Assembly: GCA_027491915.1 (NCBI GenBank)
Contig: JAOZGC010000003.1
Location: 23,744 to 87,743 of the forward strand
Direction of reading: 5' to 3'
DNA from: Thermoproteota archaeon
GTDB taxonomy: Archaea > Korarchaeota > Korarchaeia > Korarchaeales > Korarchaeaceae
DNA length: 64,000 nt
Shown here piece after piece: positions 1 to 8,862 of the stretch (position 1 is its first letter; each line of letters opens with the position of its first letter). The notes under the pieces are model-generated. The model worked only from the letters and a program-made list of their open reading frames with translations. It had not been told where the DNA came from and searched no databases. The position numbers and the translations under genes are program-made.

Positions 1-346
1 TCGGGCCGCCCACCCTGTCTACGGTCACCCCGAGGGATCTGACCCTCCTCACGAAGTCCTCCGGCACGGCCAGCCTGTCTCCAATCACCAGAATCCGTGG
101 CCTCTCCTCGTAGGCCGTGAGGCCGGCCAACAGACCGATTACCTCCGGATCGTTCACCCCGGGCAGCAGGGTGACGACGGGGGCCCCCACCCTGACCCCG
201 TAAGAGGCGGCCACGACCCAGTCGGCGTATACGTCGCCCCTGACCACTATGGCCCCGTACCCGTCGACCTCGCCCCGCCCCACCATCGGGAGTAGGGCCT
301 GCAAGGCTATGAGTGAGATGGCGATCAGGTACGACGGTGACCCCAT
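1..346 (-). CDS. Secreted protein resembling cell-wall-binding repeat 2 (CWB2) family; truncated at window edge
   Basis: Manual translation MGSPSYLIAISLIALQALLPMV...ADWVVAASYG..GAPVVTL...ILVIGDRLAV...VTVDRVGGP; signal peptide plus CWB2-like pattern; absent from ORF track. Confidence 0.55.
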   Translation of the reverse strand, partial: MGSPSYLIAISLIALQALLPMVGRGEVDGYGAIVVRGDVYADWVVAASYGVRVGAPVVTLLPGVNDPEVIGLLAGLTAYEERPRILVIGDRLAVPEDFVRRVRSLGVTVDRVGGP

Positions 347-372
347 GAGACCGCCTCTCCGACGCATCAGGG

Positions 373-451
373 TGGCGGGCCCGGCGGGACTCGAACCCGC
401 GACCTGCGGCTTAGGAGGCCGCCGCTCTGATCCATGCTGAGCTACGGGCCC
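373..451 (-). tRNA. tRNA-Arg(CCT)
   Basis: Cloverleaf GGGCCCG..GCGGC-CTCCTAA-GCCGC..GTTCGAGTC..CCA encoded. Confidence 0.97.
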
Positions 452-501
452 GCCGAACCAACGGCCGAAGCGTTATATAAGATTATTCCGTGCCGCGCCG
501 G

Positions 502-1803
502 ATGGATATAGGGCCGCCTAGGGGATTTCGAGATCTGCTTCCCGAGACCCTGAGGATCTACAGGTGGGTCGAGGGCAGGTTCAGGAGGGTGATCTCCTCC
601 TACGGCTTCGAGGAGATCCTAACCCCGACCCTGGAGAGGTTCGAACTGTTCGAGAGGAAGGCCGGGGAGGAGATAGAGAGGTCCCTCTTCGTGCTGGTGG
701 ACAAGTCCGGGAGGAAACTGGTGCTGAGGCCGGAGCTTACCGCCCCCGTCGCGAGGGTATACGCCTCTGCGCCGGCCAGGTTCCCACTCCCGCTGAAGCT
801 GTTCTACTTGGCGAACGTCTTCAGATACGAGGAGCCTCAGAAGATGAGGTACAGGGAATTCTGGCAGGCTGGCGCCGAGATAATAGGTTCAGCCGCTCCT
901 GAGGCCGACGCTGAGATATTGGCGCTCGTCTCCGCCTGCATGGAGTCTGTCGGACTAAGAGAGGTGACTTTCAAGGTTGGAGACGTCAGGATCATAAGGA
1001 GCGTGCTTTCATCGGCGGGACTCGTCGGGTGGGAGGATCAGAACAGGGTCATGCAGGCCTTGGACAAGCGTGGGAAGCTGCCGCGCGAGACCTTTGAATC
1101 AGGGGTGCTGGCGTCGACCGGCGGAGACCGGGAGCTCTCCGGCAGGCTGCTGAACCTGGTGGACCTCGAGGGTCGAGATCCGTCCGAAGTCACGGATCTT
1201 CTCGCTGACGTAGCGGAAGCCGCTTCGGCAGCCGAGAGGGTGGCCCTCGTCATGGACCTGGCTAAGTCCCTAGGTCTCAGATCCAACCTAGTCTTCTCTC
1301 CCGGTCTGGCCAGGGGGCTCGTGTACTACACCGGCTTCGTGTTCGAGGTCTACCTCCCCGACCTTCCATACGCCTTGGGAGGGGGGGGAAGGTACGATGA
1401 GCTCATCTCCCTCTACGGCGGTCCGAGCACCCCGGCGACGGGCGTTTCCGTGGGCATAGACAGGGTGGTCGACGCGGTTCGGGAGAGGGGTCTCGTCCCA
1501 CGACTCGGTAGAAGTGGGATCTTTGTCGTCAGGGCTCCCGGGGCGGAGCCAACCGACGTCGCTTCCATCGCGGCGGCCCTGCGGGCCAGGGGAATAAGGA
1601 CCGACCTAGATCTCCGGGGCGGGAGGAGCGTCTCCAAGCAGCTGGAGCACGCAGATAGGATGGACTACGCCTACGCCGCGATCTTCGGCTCCAGGGAGAA
1701 GAAGAGAGGGGTGGTCACGTTGCGCAACCTGGAGGATGGGTCGGAGCGGGAGGTCCCCATCGAATCGCTGCCCGACCTCATGGTCGGGGGCCGCGATCCT
1801 TAA
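502..1803 (+). CDS. hisS: Histidyl-tRNA synthetase
   Basis: PRGFRD, LRPELTAP, FRYE..Q..RYREFWQ, RGLVYYTG, GGGRYD motifs; TATA at 474-481 favours ATG 502 (ORF track starts 490). Confidence 0.96.
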   Translation: MDIGPPRGFRDLLPETLRIYRWVEGRFRRVISSYGFEEILTPTLERFELFERKAGEEIERSLFVLVDKSGRKLVLRPELTAPVARVYASAPARFPLPLKLFYLANVFRYEEPQKMRYREFWQAGAEIIGSAAPEADAEILALVSACMESVGLREVTFKVGDVRIIRSVLSSAGLVGWEDQNRVMQALDKRGKLPRETFESGVLASTGGDRELSGRLLNLVDLEGRDPSEVTDLLADVAEAASAAERVALVMDLAKSLGLRSNLVFSPGLARGLVYYTGFVFEVYLPDLPYALGGGGRYDELISLYGGPSTPATGVSVGIDRVVDAVRERGLVPRLGRSGIFVVRAPGAEPTDVASIAAALRARGIRTDLDLRGGRSVSKQLEHADRMDYAYAAIFGSREKKRGVVTLRNLEDGSEREVPIESLPDLMVGGRDP

Positions 1804-1829
1804 ATTGACAGAGCGGCCCGGCGCCCTGG

Positions 1830-1904
1830 GCCGGGATGGCCGAGCGGTTCAGGCAGCGGGCTGCAGACCCGCGTACGGGGGTTCGAATCCCCCTCCCGGC
1901 TCCA
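1830..1904 (+). tRNA. tRNA-Cys(GCA)
   Basis: GCCGGGA..GCGGG-CTGCAGA-CCCGC..GTTCGAATC..TCCA (U73). Confidence 0.97.
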
Positions 1905-1926
1905 AGATCCCCGCGCGTAGGCGCGA

Positions 1927-3189
1927 TCACCCAAACCTTACCCTTCTCCTCGAGACCCCCGCGGAGATCCTCTCCTCAGAGGTCTCCTCGAATAACCTCG
2001 CGAGTGCCTCTTCTTCCCCCTTGGACGGCTCGACCCCCCTCCTGGCCGCCATCCTCCTGTATGTCCTGATGACCGATTCGAGCTCCACCTCGGCCAGCCC
2101 CCAGCCGAGGGTCCGGGCGTACAGGGTGAAGGGAGGAACCCTCTCCGTCACGAAACCGTGGAGTTGGGCCGCCGCGCCGATCTGAAGCCCGGTGTATATC
2201 ATGGTCCCTATGGAGCTCTTGGTGTGATCGCCCAAGGCGGCGCCGAGCTTTATCAGACCCGTTCTCTCCCTCCCGCCCTTCGCAACCCGGACTCGAATCT
2301 CCCCGTACGTGTTCTTGAGGTTGGAGGTCACCGTGCCGGCGCCGAGGTTGACCCAGGATCCAACGTAGCTGTGCCCGAGGAAGCCGAAGTGGGCCTTATT
2401 TGAGTAGGGGGACACCACAGACGAGAAGACCTCCCCCCCCACCCTCGCCTCTTCTCCTATGAAGGACCCGGAGATGTGGGAGCAGGGCGAGATCTTGGCC
2501 CCCCTCCCAATCAGCAGCGGTCCTCTCAGGGTTGAGCCCGCCCCCACCACGCTGCCCCTCTCCAAGAGGACCGGTCCCCCCCTGACGTCCACCGTGACCG
2601 ACCCTTCAACCTCGGCTCCGGGGGATATCATCGCCAGCGCACCATCCCCGAGGACCCTGTCGGCCCACTCCCCCGACTCCACATCCTCCCGGGCCGCGGC
2701 CCGCAGGATCACCGGTTTCAGCTCGGATAAACCCGCCGGACAGATCTCCCATGTCCTATTGACGGTCCGGACCGGGGATTCGAGGGTCGATTCCGCCGCC
2801 GCCAGGATCTCGGAGTTGACGGTCCTGGCGTCGTACCCCTCCACCACCCCAGCCGCGGCCTCCCTCCCCAGCCTGGCCACCACCACCCTGCCGTCCTCGG
2901 TCAGCGCGGCGCCGCGGCGGAGGCCGCAGATCTCCTCCACCACCCCGGGCGGGGCGGCCGAGTTGACGAAGACGACCTCGTCGTCCAGGTCGGACGGGTC
3001 GATCGTCGGCGCACCGAGTTCCTCAGACTTCCGGCGAACGCGCCGCCTAACCAGGGATCTAACATCCCCCTTCCCCTTCGCGCGGTCTATCAGGCGCTCT
3101 CCCCCGAACCACAGCGAGAAGGCGGGATTCAGCTCCGTGAGGGGTCTGAGCCCGCTCACCAGATCGTCTTCGTAAAGTATAAGGAGCAT
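1927..3189 (-). CDS. GlmU-like putative sugar nucleotidyltransferase with hexapeptide-repeat acyltransferase domain
   Basis: N-terminal LxPLT..PAFSL; left-handed beta-helix repeats; HFGFLGHSYVGSWVNLGAGT..SNLK. Confidence 0.8.
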   Translation of the reverse strand: MLLILYEDDLVSGLRPLTELNPAFSLWFGGERLIDRAKGKGDVRSLVRRRVRRKSEELGAPTIDPSDLDDEVVFVNSAAPPGVVEEICGLRRGAALTEDGRVVVARLGREAAAGVVEGYDARTVNSEILAAAESTLESPVRTVNRTWEICPAGLSELKPVILRAAAREDVESGEWADRVLGDGALAMISPGAEVEGSVTVDVRGGPVLLERGSVVGAGSTLRGPLLIGRGAKISPCSHISGSFIGEEARVGGEVFSSVVSPYSNKAHFGFLGHSYVGSWVNLGAGTVTSNLKNTYGEIRVRVAKGGRERTGLIKLGAALGDHTKSSIGTMIYTGLQIGAAAQLHGFVTERVPPFTLYARTLGWGLAEVELESVIRTYRRMAARRGVEPSKGEEEALARLFEETSEERISAGVSRRRVRFG

Positions 3190-3222
3190 TGCGCCGGGCC
3201 GGTCGAGGCGACCCTAAAAATT

Positions 3223-4458
3223 GTGGCGGGGGGGTTCGGCTTGGGCCGTTCTTTCAGGGAATACGAGTTCAAGAAGTTGCTGAGAGAGCTGGGAAGTAAG
3301 AAGGGCAGGGGAACCGAGCTGATATCCCTCTACGTCCCACCGGGGAGGAACGTGTACGACGTGGTAAAGTACCTGAGGCAAGAGTACGACCAGGCCGGGA
3401 ACATAAAGGACAAGCTGACCAGGAAGAACGTCCAGGGGGCCATAGAGAGCATAATACAGAGGCTAAAACTCTACCGAAAGACCCCCCCAAACGGCCTAGT
3501 CGTGTTCTGCGGGGCCATACCGCGGGGGGCTGACCGCGGGACAGAGAAGATAGAGATATACGTCATAGAGCCGCCCGAGCCAGTCCCCTTCTTCAAATAC
3601 GTCTGCGATCACGAGTTCTTCTTGGATCCCCTGGAGGATATGGTCAGGGAGAAGGCGGCCTACGGCCTCATAGTGATGGACAGAGGGGGGGCCGTCCTGG
3701 CCGTCCTGAGGGGGGCCAACTACAAGATAGTGGACAGGGTTGGCTCCGACATCCCCCCTAAACACAGCGCGGGCGGGCAGTCTCAGAGGAGATTTGAGAG
3801 GATAAGGGAGGAGAGGGTCCACGACTTCTTCAAGAGGCTGGGGGCCAGGGCGACCAAGGCCTTCCTGCCCCTCATGCCGGAGCTGAGGGGCATAATAATA
3901 GGAGGTCCCGGAGACGCCAGGGAGAGGTTCCAGGAGGGGAACTTCCTGCACTACGAGCTTCAGAAGAAGGTGATAGCCAACGTCCCCCTTTCATACACCG
4001 AGGAGCAGGGGGTAAGAGAGCTGATCATGAGGGCCCAGGACCTTCTGAGGGAGGTCTCCCTCTTCGAGGAGAGGGAGGCGGTCGGCGAGGTCTTCTCCCT
4101 GCTGGCCAAGAATCCGGACATGGTGGTCTACGGTATCGGGGAGGTCCACCGGGCGCTCGTCGCCGGGACTGTGGCCAAACTCCTGATGCTCGAGGACATG
4201 GACGAGCGCTACACCCTCAGGAGGTGCTCCTCCTGTGGCCGAGGGTACCTGCTCAGGGAGGCCCCCCCCGAGTGGACCTGTCCCGATTGCGGCTCCAGCG
4301 ATTACTCTGACGAGGAGGTTTCCCTGATAGACTACCTGGGAGAGTTGGCCGAACGGACCGGGACAGACGTCCTTATACTCACGCCGGGGACCGAGTGGGG
4401 CGAGCAGCTGAGGGCGCTGGGCGGGATCGTGGGCATCCTCAGGTACAGGAGCTATTAG
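3223..4458 (+). CDS. prf1: Peptide chain release factor aRF1
   Basis: GTELISLY, NIKD, YxCD, GGQSQRRF motifs; start may be TTG 3241. Confidence 0.97.
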   Translation: MAGGFGLGRSFREYEFKKLLRELGSKKGRGTELISLYVPPGRNVYDVVKYLRQEYDQAGNIKDKLTRKNVQGAIESIIQRLKLYRKTPPNGLVVFCGAIPRGADRGTEKIEIYVIEPPEPVPFFKYVCDHEFFLDPLEDMVREKAAYGLIVMDRGGAVLAVLRGANYKIVDRVGSDIPPKHSAGGQSQRRFERIREERVHDFFKRLGARATKAFLPLMPELRGIIIGGPGDARERFQEGNFLHYELQKKVIANVPLSYTEEQGVRELIMRAQDLLREVSLFEEREAVGEVFSLLAKNPDMVVYGIGEVHRALVAGTVAKLLMLEDMDERYTLRRCSSCGRGYLLREAPPEWTCPDCGSSDYSDEEVSLIDYLGELAERTGTDVLILTPGTEWGEQLRALGGIVGILRYRSY

Positions 4459-4507
4459 CCCCCGGGACCAGAAACTAGATTTTTATGCCAGTCCGTCCGT
4501 TGGGCGC

Positions 4508-4600
4508 GGGCCGGTAGCGCAGCCGGTAGTCGGTCCAGGTCCGGCCGAACGCGCCCGCCTCGCACGCGGGAGGTCGGGGGTTCGAGTCCCCCCCGGTCCA
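4508..4600 (+). tRNA. tRNA-Ala(CGC) with 20-nt non-canonical intron at 22/23 (4530-4549)
   Basis: Removing TCGGTCCAGGTCCGGCCGAA restores D-stem GCGC/GCGC; G3:U70; BHB with central helix CGGT/GCCG. Confidence 0.93.
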
Positions 4601-4638
4601 TCTCCGAAAAATCTATAATGGCCTAGTCCCACGTGCGT

Positions 4639-4733
4639 GGGCCCGTAGCTCAGCCTGGTTGGAGCGCCCGGCTGATAGCGGTCTCTGGCCGGTGGAGACC
4701 GGGAGGTCCCGGGTTCAAGTCCCGGCGGGCCCA
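4639..4733 (+). tRNA. tRNA-Ile(GAT) with canonical 37/38 intron (4678-4697)
   Basis: CCCGG-CTGATA[20 nt]A-CCGGG; standard T arm. Confidence 0.95.
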
Positions 4734-4753
4734 TGGGATCCGAGGGTCGGGCC

Positions 4754-5137
4754 ATGAGAAAGATAATCTTGGACACCTCTTTCCTGTTGGCTTCGCTGGA
4801 GAAACCCGGCCCCGTGAGCTTCCGGGACCTGGAGGAGATCAGACCGGGATTTTCCCTCGTCATGCCAGCAGAGTGCTACGAGGAGCTGGTCGCCAAGGTA
4901 GGCAGCGCCAAGGCCTCGGATTTGATATCCAAACTATCCATTGAGGTGATCGAGGTGGGCGCCCAGACCTCCCCGGACGACGCCGTCGTCGCCCTGGCGC
5001 GCCGCACCCCGGGGGCCGCGGTCGCCACGCTCGACGTTGAGTTAAAAAACAGGCTCAGATCCGAGGGAATCCCGGTGATCTACCTGAGGTCCGGCAAGAG
5101 GCTGGAGACGGAGGGGCTGTTCCCATACGGGAGGTAG
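4754..5137 (+). CDS. PIN-domain nuclease, Fcf1/Utp24-like
   Basis: IILDTSFL, EEL, DD, ATLD..LK motifs; conserved position before rpo7. Confidence 0.85.
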   Translation: MRKIILDTSFLLASLEKPGPVSFRDLEEIRPGFSLVMPAECYEELVAKVGSAKASDLISKLSIEVIEVGAQTSPDDAVVALARRTPGAAVATLDVELKNRLRSEGIPVIYLRSGKRLETEGLFPYGR

Positions 5138-5143
5138 TGAGCG

Positions 5144-5722
5144 TTGTACTACGTGGTGGAGATGAGCGACGTGGCCAGGCTCCCGCCTCAGATGATAGGC
5201 AGGGATCCCGCCGAAGTCGCGGAGGAGCAGATGAGGTCGAAGTACGTGGGTAGGTACCTGGAGGACGCTGGCCTCGTGCTGGAGGTACTGGGGGTGAAGA
5301 GCCTCAGCCCCGGGCGAGTCATAATATCCAGCCCCTCCATATACTACAGGGTTGACTTCGAGGCCCTGACCTTCCTCCCAAAGAGAGAGGAGGTTATAGA
5401 GGGCGAGATAAAGGCCGTCTTGGACTACGGGGCGATGGTCACCATAGGTCCAATAGACGGCTTCATCCACATCTCCCAGCTGGGGGACGACGTTTTCGTC
5501 TTGAGGAGCGGCGTCCTCCAAGGGCGGCGCACCAAGATGACCTTCAGGAGGGGCGACGTCGTTAGGGCTAAGGTTAGCTCCGTCAGCGGGCCGAGACCGG
5601 CCGGGGTCCTCAGGGGAGAGCCCATAGTGAAGGTTGCCCTCAACTGCAGGACGCCAGGATTGGGCAAGGTTGGAGAGGGGGGACTGGAAGGTGCCGAGGC
5701 TAAAGGCGTGCAAGAGATGTAA
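5144..5722 (+). CDS. rpoE1: RNA polymerase subunit E' (Rpo7)
   Basis: GAMVTIGPIDGFIHISQ S1 domain, PGLGK. Confidence 0.95.
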   Translation: MYYVVEMSDVARLPPQMIGRDPAEVAEEQMRSKYVGRYLEDAGLVLEVLGVKSLSPGRVIISSPSIYYRVDFEALTFLPKREEVIEGEIKAVLDYGAMVTIGPIDGFIHISQLGDDVFVLRSGVLQGRRTKMTFRRGDVVRAKVSSVSGPRPAGVLRGEPIVKVALNCRTPGLGKVGEGGLEGAEAKGVQEM

Positions 5723-5882
5723 GGCTCTGACTTCGAAGGAGGTCTGCCCCGTCTGTGGGTCTAGAGACCTCACCATCAACTGGGAGGGCCTGGTGGCCAT
5801 AGTGGATCCCGTCAGATCGGAGCTGGCGAAGAGGTTGGGGATAGAGAGCTCCGGTCTCTACGCGCTCAGGGTCATGGAGTAG
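5691..5882 (+). CDS. spt4: Transcription elongation factor Spt4 (RpoE'')
   Basis: KACKRC..CPVCGS..WEGLV..SELAKRLGI..GLYAL; GTG start 5691. Confidence 0.95.
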   Translation: MPRLKACKRCKALTSKEVCPVCGSRDLTINWEGLVAIVDPVRSELAKRLGIESSGLYALRVME

Positions 5883-5933
5883 GGTGGGCGGTAGACGCAC
5901 GTTTTATAATCCGGGTCTCGGTCGGATGGGCTG

Positions 5934-6254
5934 GTGGGGGATTTGAGCCCGAAGCTCACGATAATCGAGCAGAAACCCAATGCCCTTCTGGGCAGGACGG
6001 AGGTGAAGGCCTCCCTGGAATACGAGGCTGGCACTCCCACCAGGGCCGAGGTCAGGAGGATGCTGGCGGGTATCCTTAACTGCGGCGAATCCCTGGTATT
6101 CGTGAGGAAGATCTCACCCGATTATGGGAGGAGGGCGGCTAAGGTCTTTGCGGTCGTCTACTCAAGCAGGGCGAGGGCCCTTGAGATCGAACCGGATCAC
6201 ATAATCGCCAGGAACGAGGGGGTGAGGGATGTTGGGGAAGCACAAGGTGGTTAG
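5934..6254 (+). CDS. rps24e: 30S ribosomal protein S24e
   Basis: [24 protein letters not shown]. Confidence 0.93.
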   Translation: MGDLSPKLTIIEQKPNALLGRTEVKASLEYEAGTPTRAEVRRMLAGILNCGESLVFVRKISPDYGRRAAKVFAVVYSSRARALEIEPDHIIARNEGVRDVGEAQGG

Positions 6255-6396
6255 GGTGTCCGACTACTACGAGATATCGGAGGGGAAGATCGTCAGGAAG
6301 AAGAGGATATGTCCCAGGTGCGGAGCCTTCATGGCGGACCATCGGGACCGGTGGTCCTGCGGCAGGTGCGGCTACACCGAATTTAAGAAGGGCTAG
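6229..6396 (+). CDS. rps27ae: 30S ribosomal protein S27ae
   Basis: Manual translation ..[34 protein letters not shown]; below ORF-track cutoff. Confidence 0.95.
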   Translation: MLGKHKVVRVSDYYEISEGKIVRKKRICPRCGAFMADHRDRWSCGRCGYTEFKKG

Positions 6397-6413
6397 GGGG
6401 TCCTCCTCACGGT

Positions 6414-6489
6414 GGGCCCGTAGCTCAGCACGGATCAGAGCGGCGGCCTCCGGAGCCGCAGGTCGCGGGTTCGAATCCCGCCGGGCCCG
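6414..6489 (+). tRNA. tRNA-Arg(CCG)
   Basis: GCGGC-CTCCGGA-GCCGC cloverleaf. Confidence 0.97.
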
Positions 6490-6565
6490 CTTTTTGGCGG
6501 CCCAATCCCGCTGGCCGAGCATAGCGCCACAACGGTTATTAATGGCGTCCGTCAACTGTGGACGC

Positions 6566-6642
6566 GCGGCCGTGGTCTAGCCTGGACAGGATGGGGGCCC
6601 CCCAAGCCCCAGACCCGGGTTCAAGTCCCGGCGGCCGCACCA
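6566..6642 (+). tRNA. tRNA-Gly(CCC); C at position 33
   Basis: GCGGCCG acceptor stem, GGGGC-CCCCCAA-GCCCC, ACCA end. Confidence 0.92.
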
Positions 6643-6646
6643 CATC

Positions 6647-6721
6647 GGCCGGGGTGGGGTAGCGGCATCCTGGGGGCCTGTGGAGCCCTCGTCGCGGGTT
6701 CGAATCCCGCCCCCGGCCCCA
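6647..6721 (+). tRNA. tRNA-His(GTG) with encoded G-1
   Basis: G-GCCGGGG..CTGTGGA..C73-CCA; 4 nt after tRNA-Gly (dicistron). Confidence 0.95.
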
Positions 6722-6762
6722 CCCTCCTTTTGGGATGGCGTCTTACTTCCTCCTTCTGCCTT

Positions 6763-6838
6763 TGGTGGACCCGGCGGGACTCGAACCCGCGGCCTCCGGC
6801 TTGCAAAGCCGGCGCTCCACCACCTGAGCTACGGGCCC
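6763..6838 (-). tRNA. tRNA-Ala(TGC)
   Basis: CCGGC-TTTGCAA-GCCGG; G3:U70; ACCA. Confidence 0.97.
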
Positions 6839-6933
6839 ACGTCTAATTTAGTGAGGCGCATCGTCGCCCGCGACATCCTATATTAATATACACGGGTAGA
6901 TGTGGGGCCGCGAGTCCACGGGGTGATATCGGG

Positions 6934-8127
6934 GTGAAGTCTCTGATCAGGAAGGCGGCGGTGGAGCCGGCCGAGGGGACCCCCAGTAAGGTGGCCCCCG
7001 AGGATGAGACGCTGAAGGAGCTGATAGAGGAGGTAAAAGCCAAGATAATGATAATGGGAGTGGGAGGCGCCGGAAGCAATACGGTGACGAGGCTCAACGC
7101 CCTTGGCATAGAGGACGTCGTCACCGTGGCCGCGAACACCGACGGTCAACACCTACTGGAGTCCGTGGCCGACAGGAAGATCCTTTTGGGCAGGGAACTG
7201 TGCGGCGGAAACGGCGCCGGCGGCGACCCGAAGATAGGACAAGAGGCCGCCAAGGAGAGCGAGAACGAGCTGAGGGAACTGCTCGAAGGAACTGACATAC
7301 TCTTCCTCATGGCGGGCCTGGGCGGCGGGACGGGGACCGGGGGCGCCCCGGTCATTGCTAACCTGGCTAGGGAAATGGGGGCGGTGGTCGTCTCCATAGT
7401 GACCCTCCCGTTCTCCGCAGAAGGCCGGAGGAAGAAGGAGATAGCCGAGTCAGGTCTGGAGGAGCTGTCCAACTCCTCCGACACGATCGTCGTGATAAAC
7501 AACGACAGGATACTTGAGGTGGCCAGTGATCTCCCTCTGCATCAGGCCTTCCTCGTCTCGGACGAGGTTATGGCGAGGGCGGTCAAGGGGATAGTTGAGC
7601 TGGTGACCAAGCCTGGACTGATAAACGTCGATCTGGCAGACCTGCGGTCGGTGCTGGAGAGGGGAGGCCCGGCCATCATAGCCTTCGGAGAGAGCGATGG
7701 GGAGAACAGGGCCACCGAGGCCGTGGAGGACGCCCTGGGGAATCCCCTATTGGAGGCCGACATATCCGGGGGGACCGCGGCCGTGGTCAACATCTCGTGC
7801 GGCTCGGATTTCTCCCTGCATGAGATGGAGCAGGTGGTAGAGACGGTGGTCGGCGTTCTGGAGCCGGACGCCAACGTCATATGGGGGGCAAGGATAGACG
7901 AGGATCTCAGGGGAACCGTCCAGGTCCTTCTTGTGATAACCGGCGTGTCAAGTCCATATCTCCCCGGGATCGAGAGGGCTCCCAAGGCCGCGCCGGCCGT
8001 CGAGACGGCAAAACCCATAGCGATCGAGAGATCGGTCAGGCCGACCCTCAGGCGGAGGGAGAGGGGGGCCGCGAGGTCCCCGTCCGGCGAGGACATCTTG
8101 GGAGAGCTGGGCATAGAGGGGCTGTGA
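6934..8127 (+). CDS. ftsZ: Cell division protein FtsZ1
   Basis: GVGGAGSN, GLGGGTGTG, GLINVDLAD; ftsZ1-secE-spt5 context. Confidence 0.97.
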   Translation: MKSLIRKAAVEPAEGTPSKVAPEDETLKELIEEVKAKIMIMGVGGAGSNTVTRLNALGIEDVVTVAANTDGQHLLESVADRKILLGRELCGGNGAGGDPKIGQEAAKESENELRELLEGTDILFLMAGLGGGTGTGGAPVIANLAREMGAVVVSIVTLPFSAEGRRKKEIAESGLEELSNSSDTIVVINNDRILEVASDLPLHQAFLVSDEVMARAVKGIVELVTKPGLINVDLADLRSVLERGGPAIIAFGESDGENRATEAVEDALGNPLLEADISGGTAAVVNISCGSDFSLHEMEQVVETVVGVLEPDANVIWGARIDEDLRGTVQVLLVITGVSSPYLPGIERAPKAAPAVETAKPIAIERSVRPTLRRRERGAARSPSGEDILGELGIEGL

Positions 8128-8130
8128 GGG

Positions 8131-8310
8131 GTGTCCGCCTTGGACCTTGGGGGGTGGGTGGAGGACCTCAAGAGGACGCTGAAGGTCGCCAGGAAGCCGG
8201 GATGGGAAGACCTCTGGACTACCTTCAAGATAACCTTCCTGGGCTTCTCCGTGGTCGGCCTGGTGGGTTTCGTCATACAGCTGATCGCGGCGGTGATTCC
8301 CAGGGGGTGA
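8131..8310 (+). CDS. secE: Protein translocase subunit SecE/Sec61-gamma
   Basis: Manual translation ..RTLKVARKPGWEDLWTTFKITFLGFSVVGLVGFVIQL; single TM. Confidence 0.92.
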   Translation: MSALDLGGWVEDLKRTLKVARKPGWEDLWTTFKITFLGFSVVGLVGFVIQLIAAVIPRG

Positions 8311-8314
8311 TCTC

Positions 8315-8842
8315 ACGTCGAAGCCGAGGTCCGCCATCTTCTTCACCGTAAAGGTCCCAGCGGGGCAGGAGTTCGGCATCACGAGGCTCTTGGTGAAGAG
8401 GGCCGAGTACGAGGGGCTCGGGATAAAATCGATAATATCCGTGCCCAGCGTGAGGGGCTACCTCTTCGTCGAGGCCGACAGGGAATTCGACGTTCGCCGC
8501 CTCGTTTCGGCCGTTTCCAGGGCCAAGCTCCTACCGGGAAGTCCGGTTTCAATGGAGGACATAGAGACCATGCTCAGGAGGGAGCCGGAGAAGATAGAGC
8601 TCGAGACCGGGGACATAGTGAAGATTATAAAAGGGAATTTCAAGGGCTACCGGGCCCTGGTGGTGTCTCCCCCGACCGGGGGGAAGGGCTTCGTCACGGC
8701 GAAGCTGCTGGACATAAACAGGGACTGGGAGGTTAGATTACCCGTGGACAGCATACAGCTGGAGAAGAAGGCCGGGGAGGTAGAAGGAGAGGAAGAGTCG
8801 GAGGAAGAGGTGTGGTACTCTGGACTGGGAGAGTCGGCTTGA
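8315..8842 (+). CDS. spt5: Transcription elongation factor Spt5/NusG (probable non-canonical ACG start at 8315)
   Basis: NGN motif FTVKVPAGQE lies upstream of first TTG (8390); RGYLFVEA; KOW GDIVKIIKGNFKG. Confidence 0.93.
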   Translation, partial: TSKPRSAIFFTVKVPAGQEFGITRLLVKRAEYEGLGIKSIISVPSVRGYLFVEADREFDVRRLVSAVSRAKLLPGSPVSMEDIETMLRREPEKIELETGDIVKIIKGNFKGYRALVVSPPTGGKGFVTAKLLDINRDWEVRLPVDSIQLEKKAGEVEGEEESEEEVWYSGLGESA

Positions 8843-8862
8843 TCTGAGGGAGGGCTCCGGAG

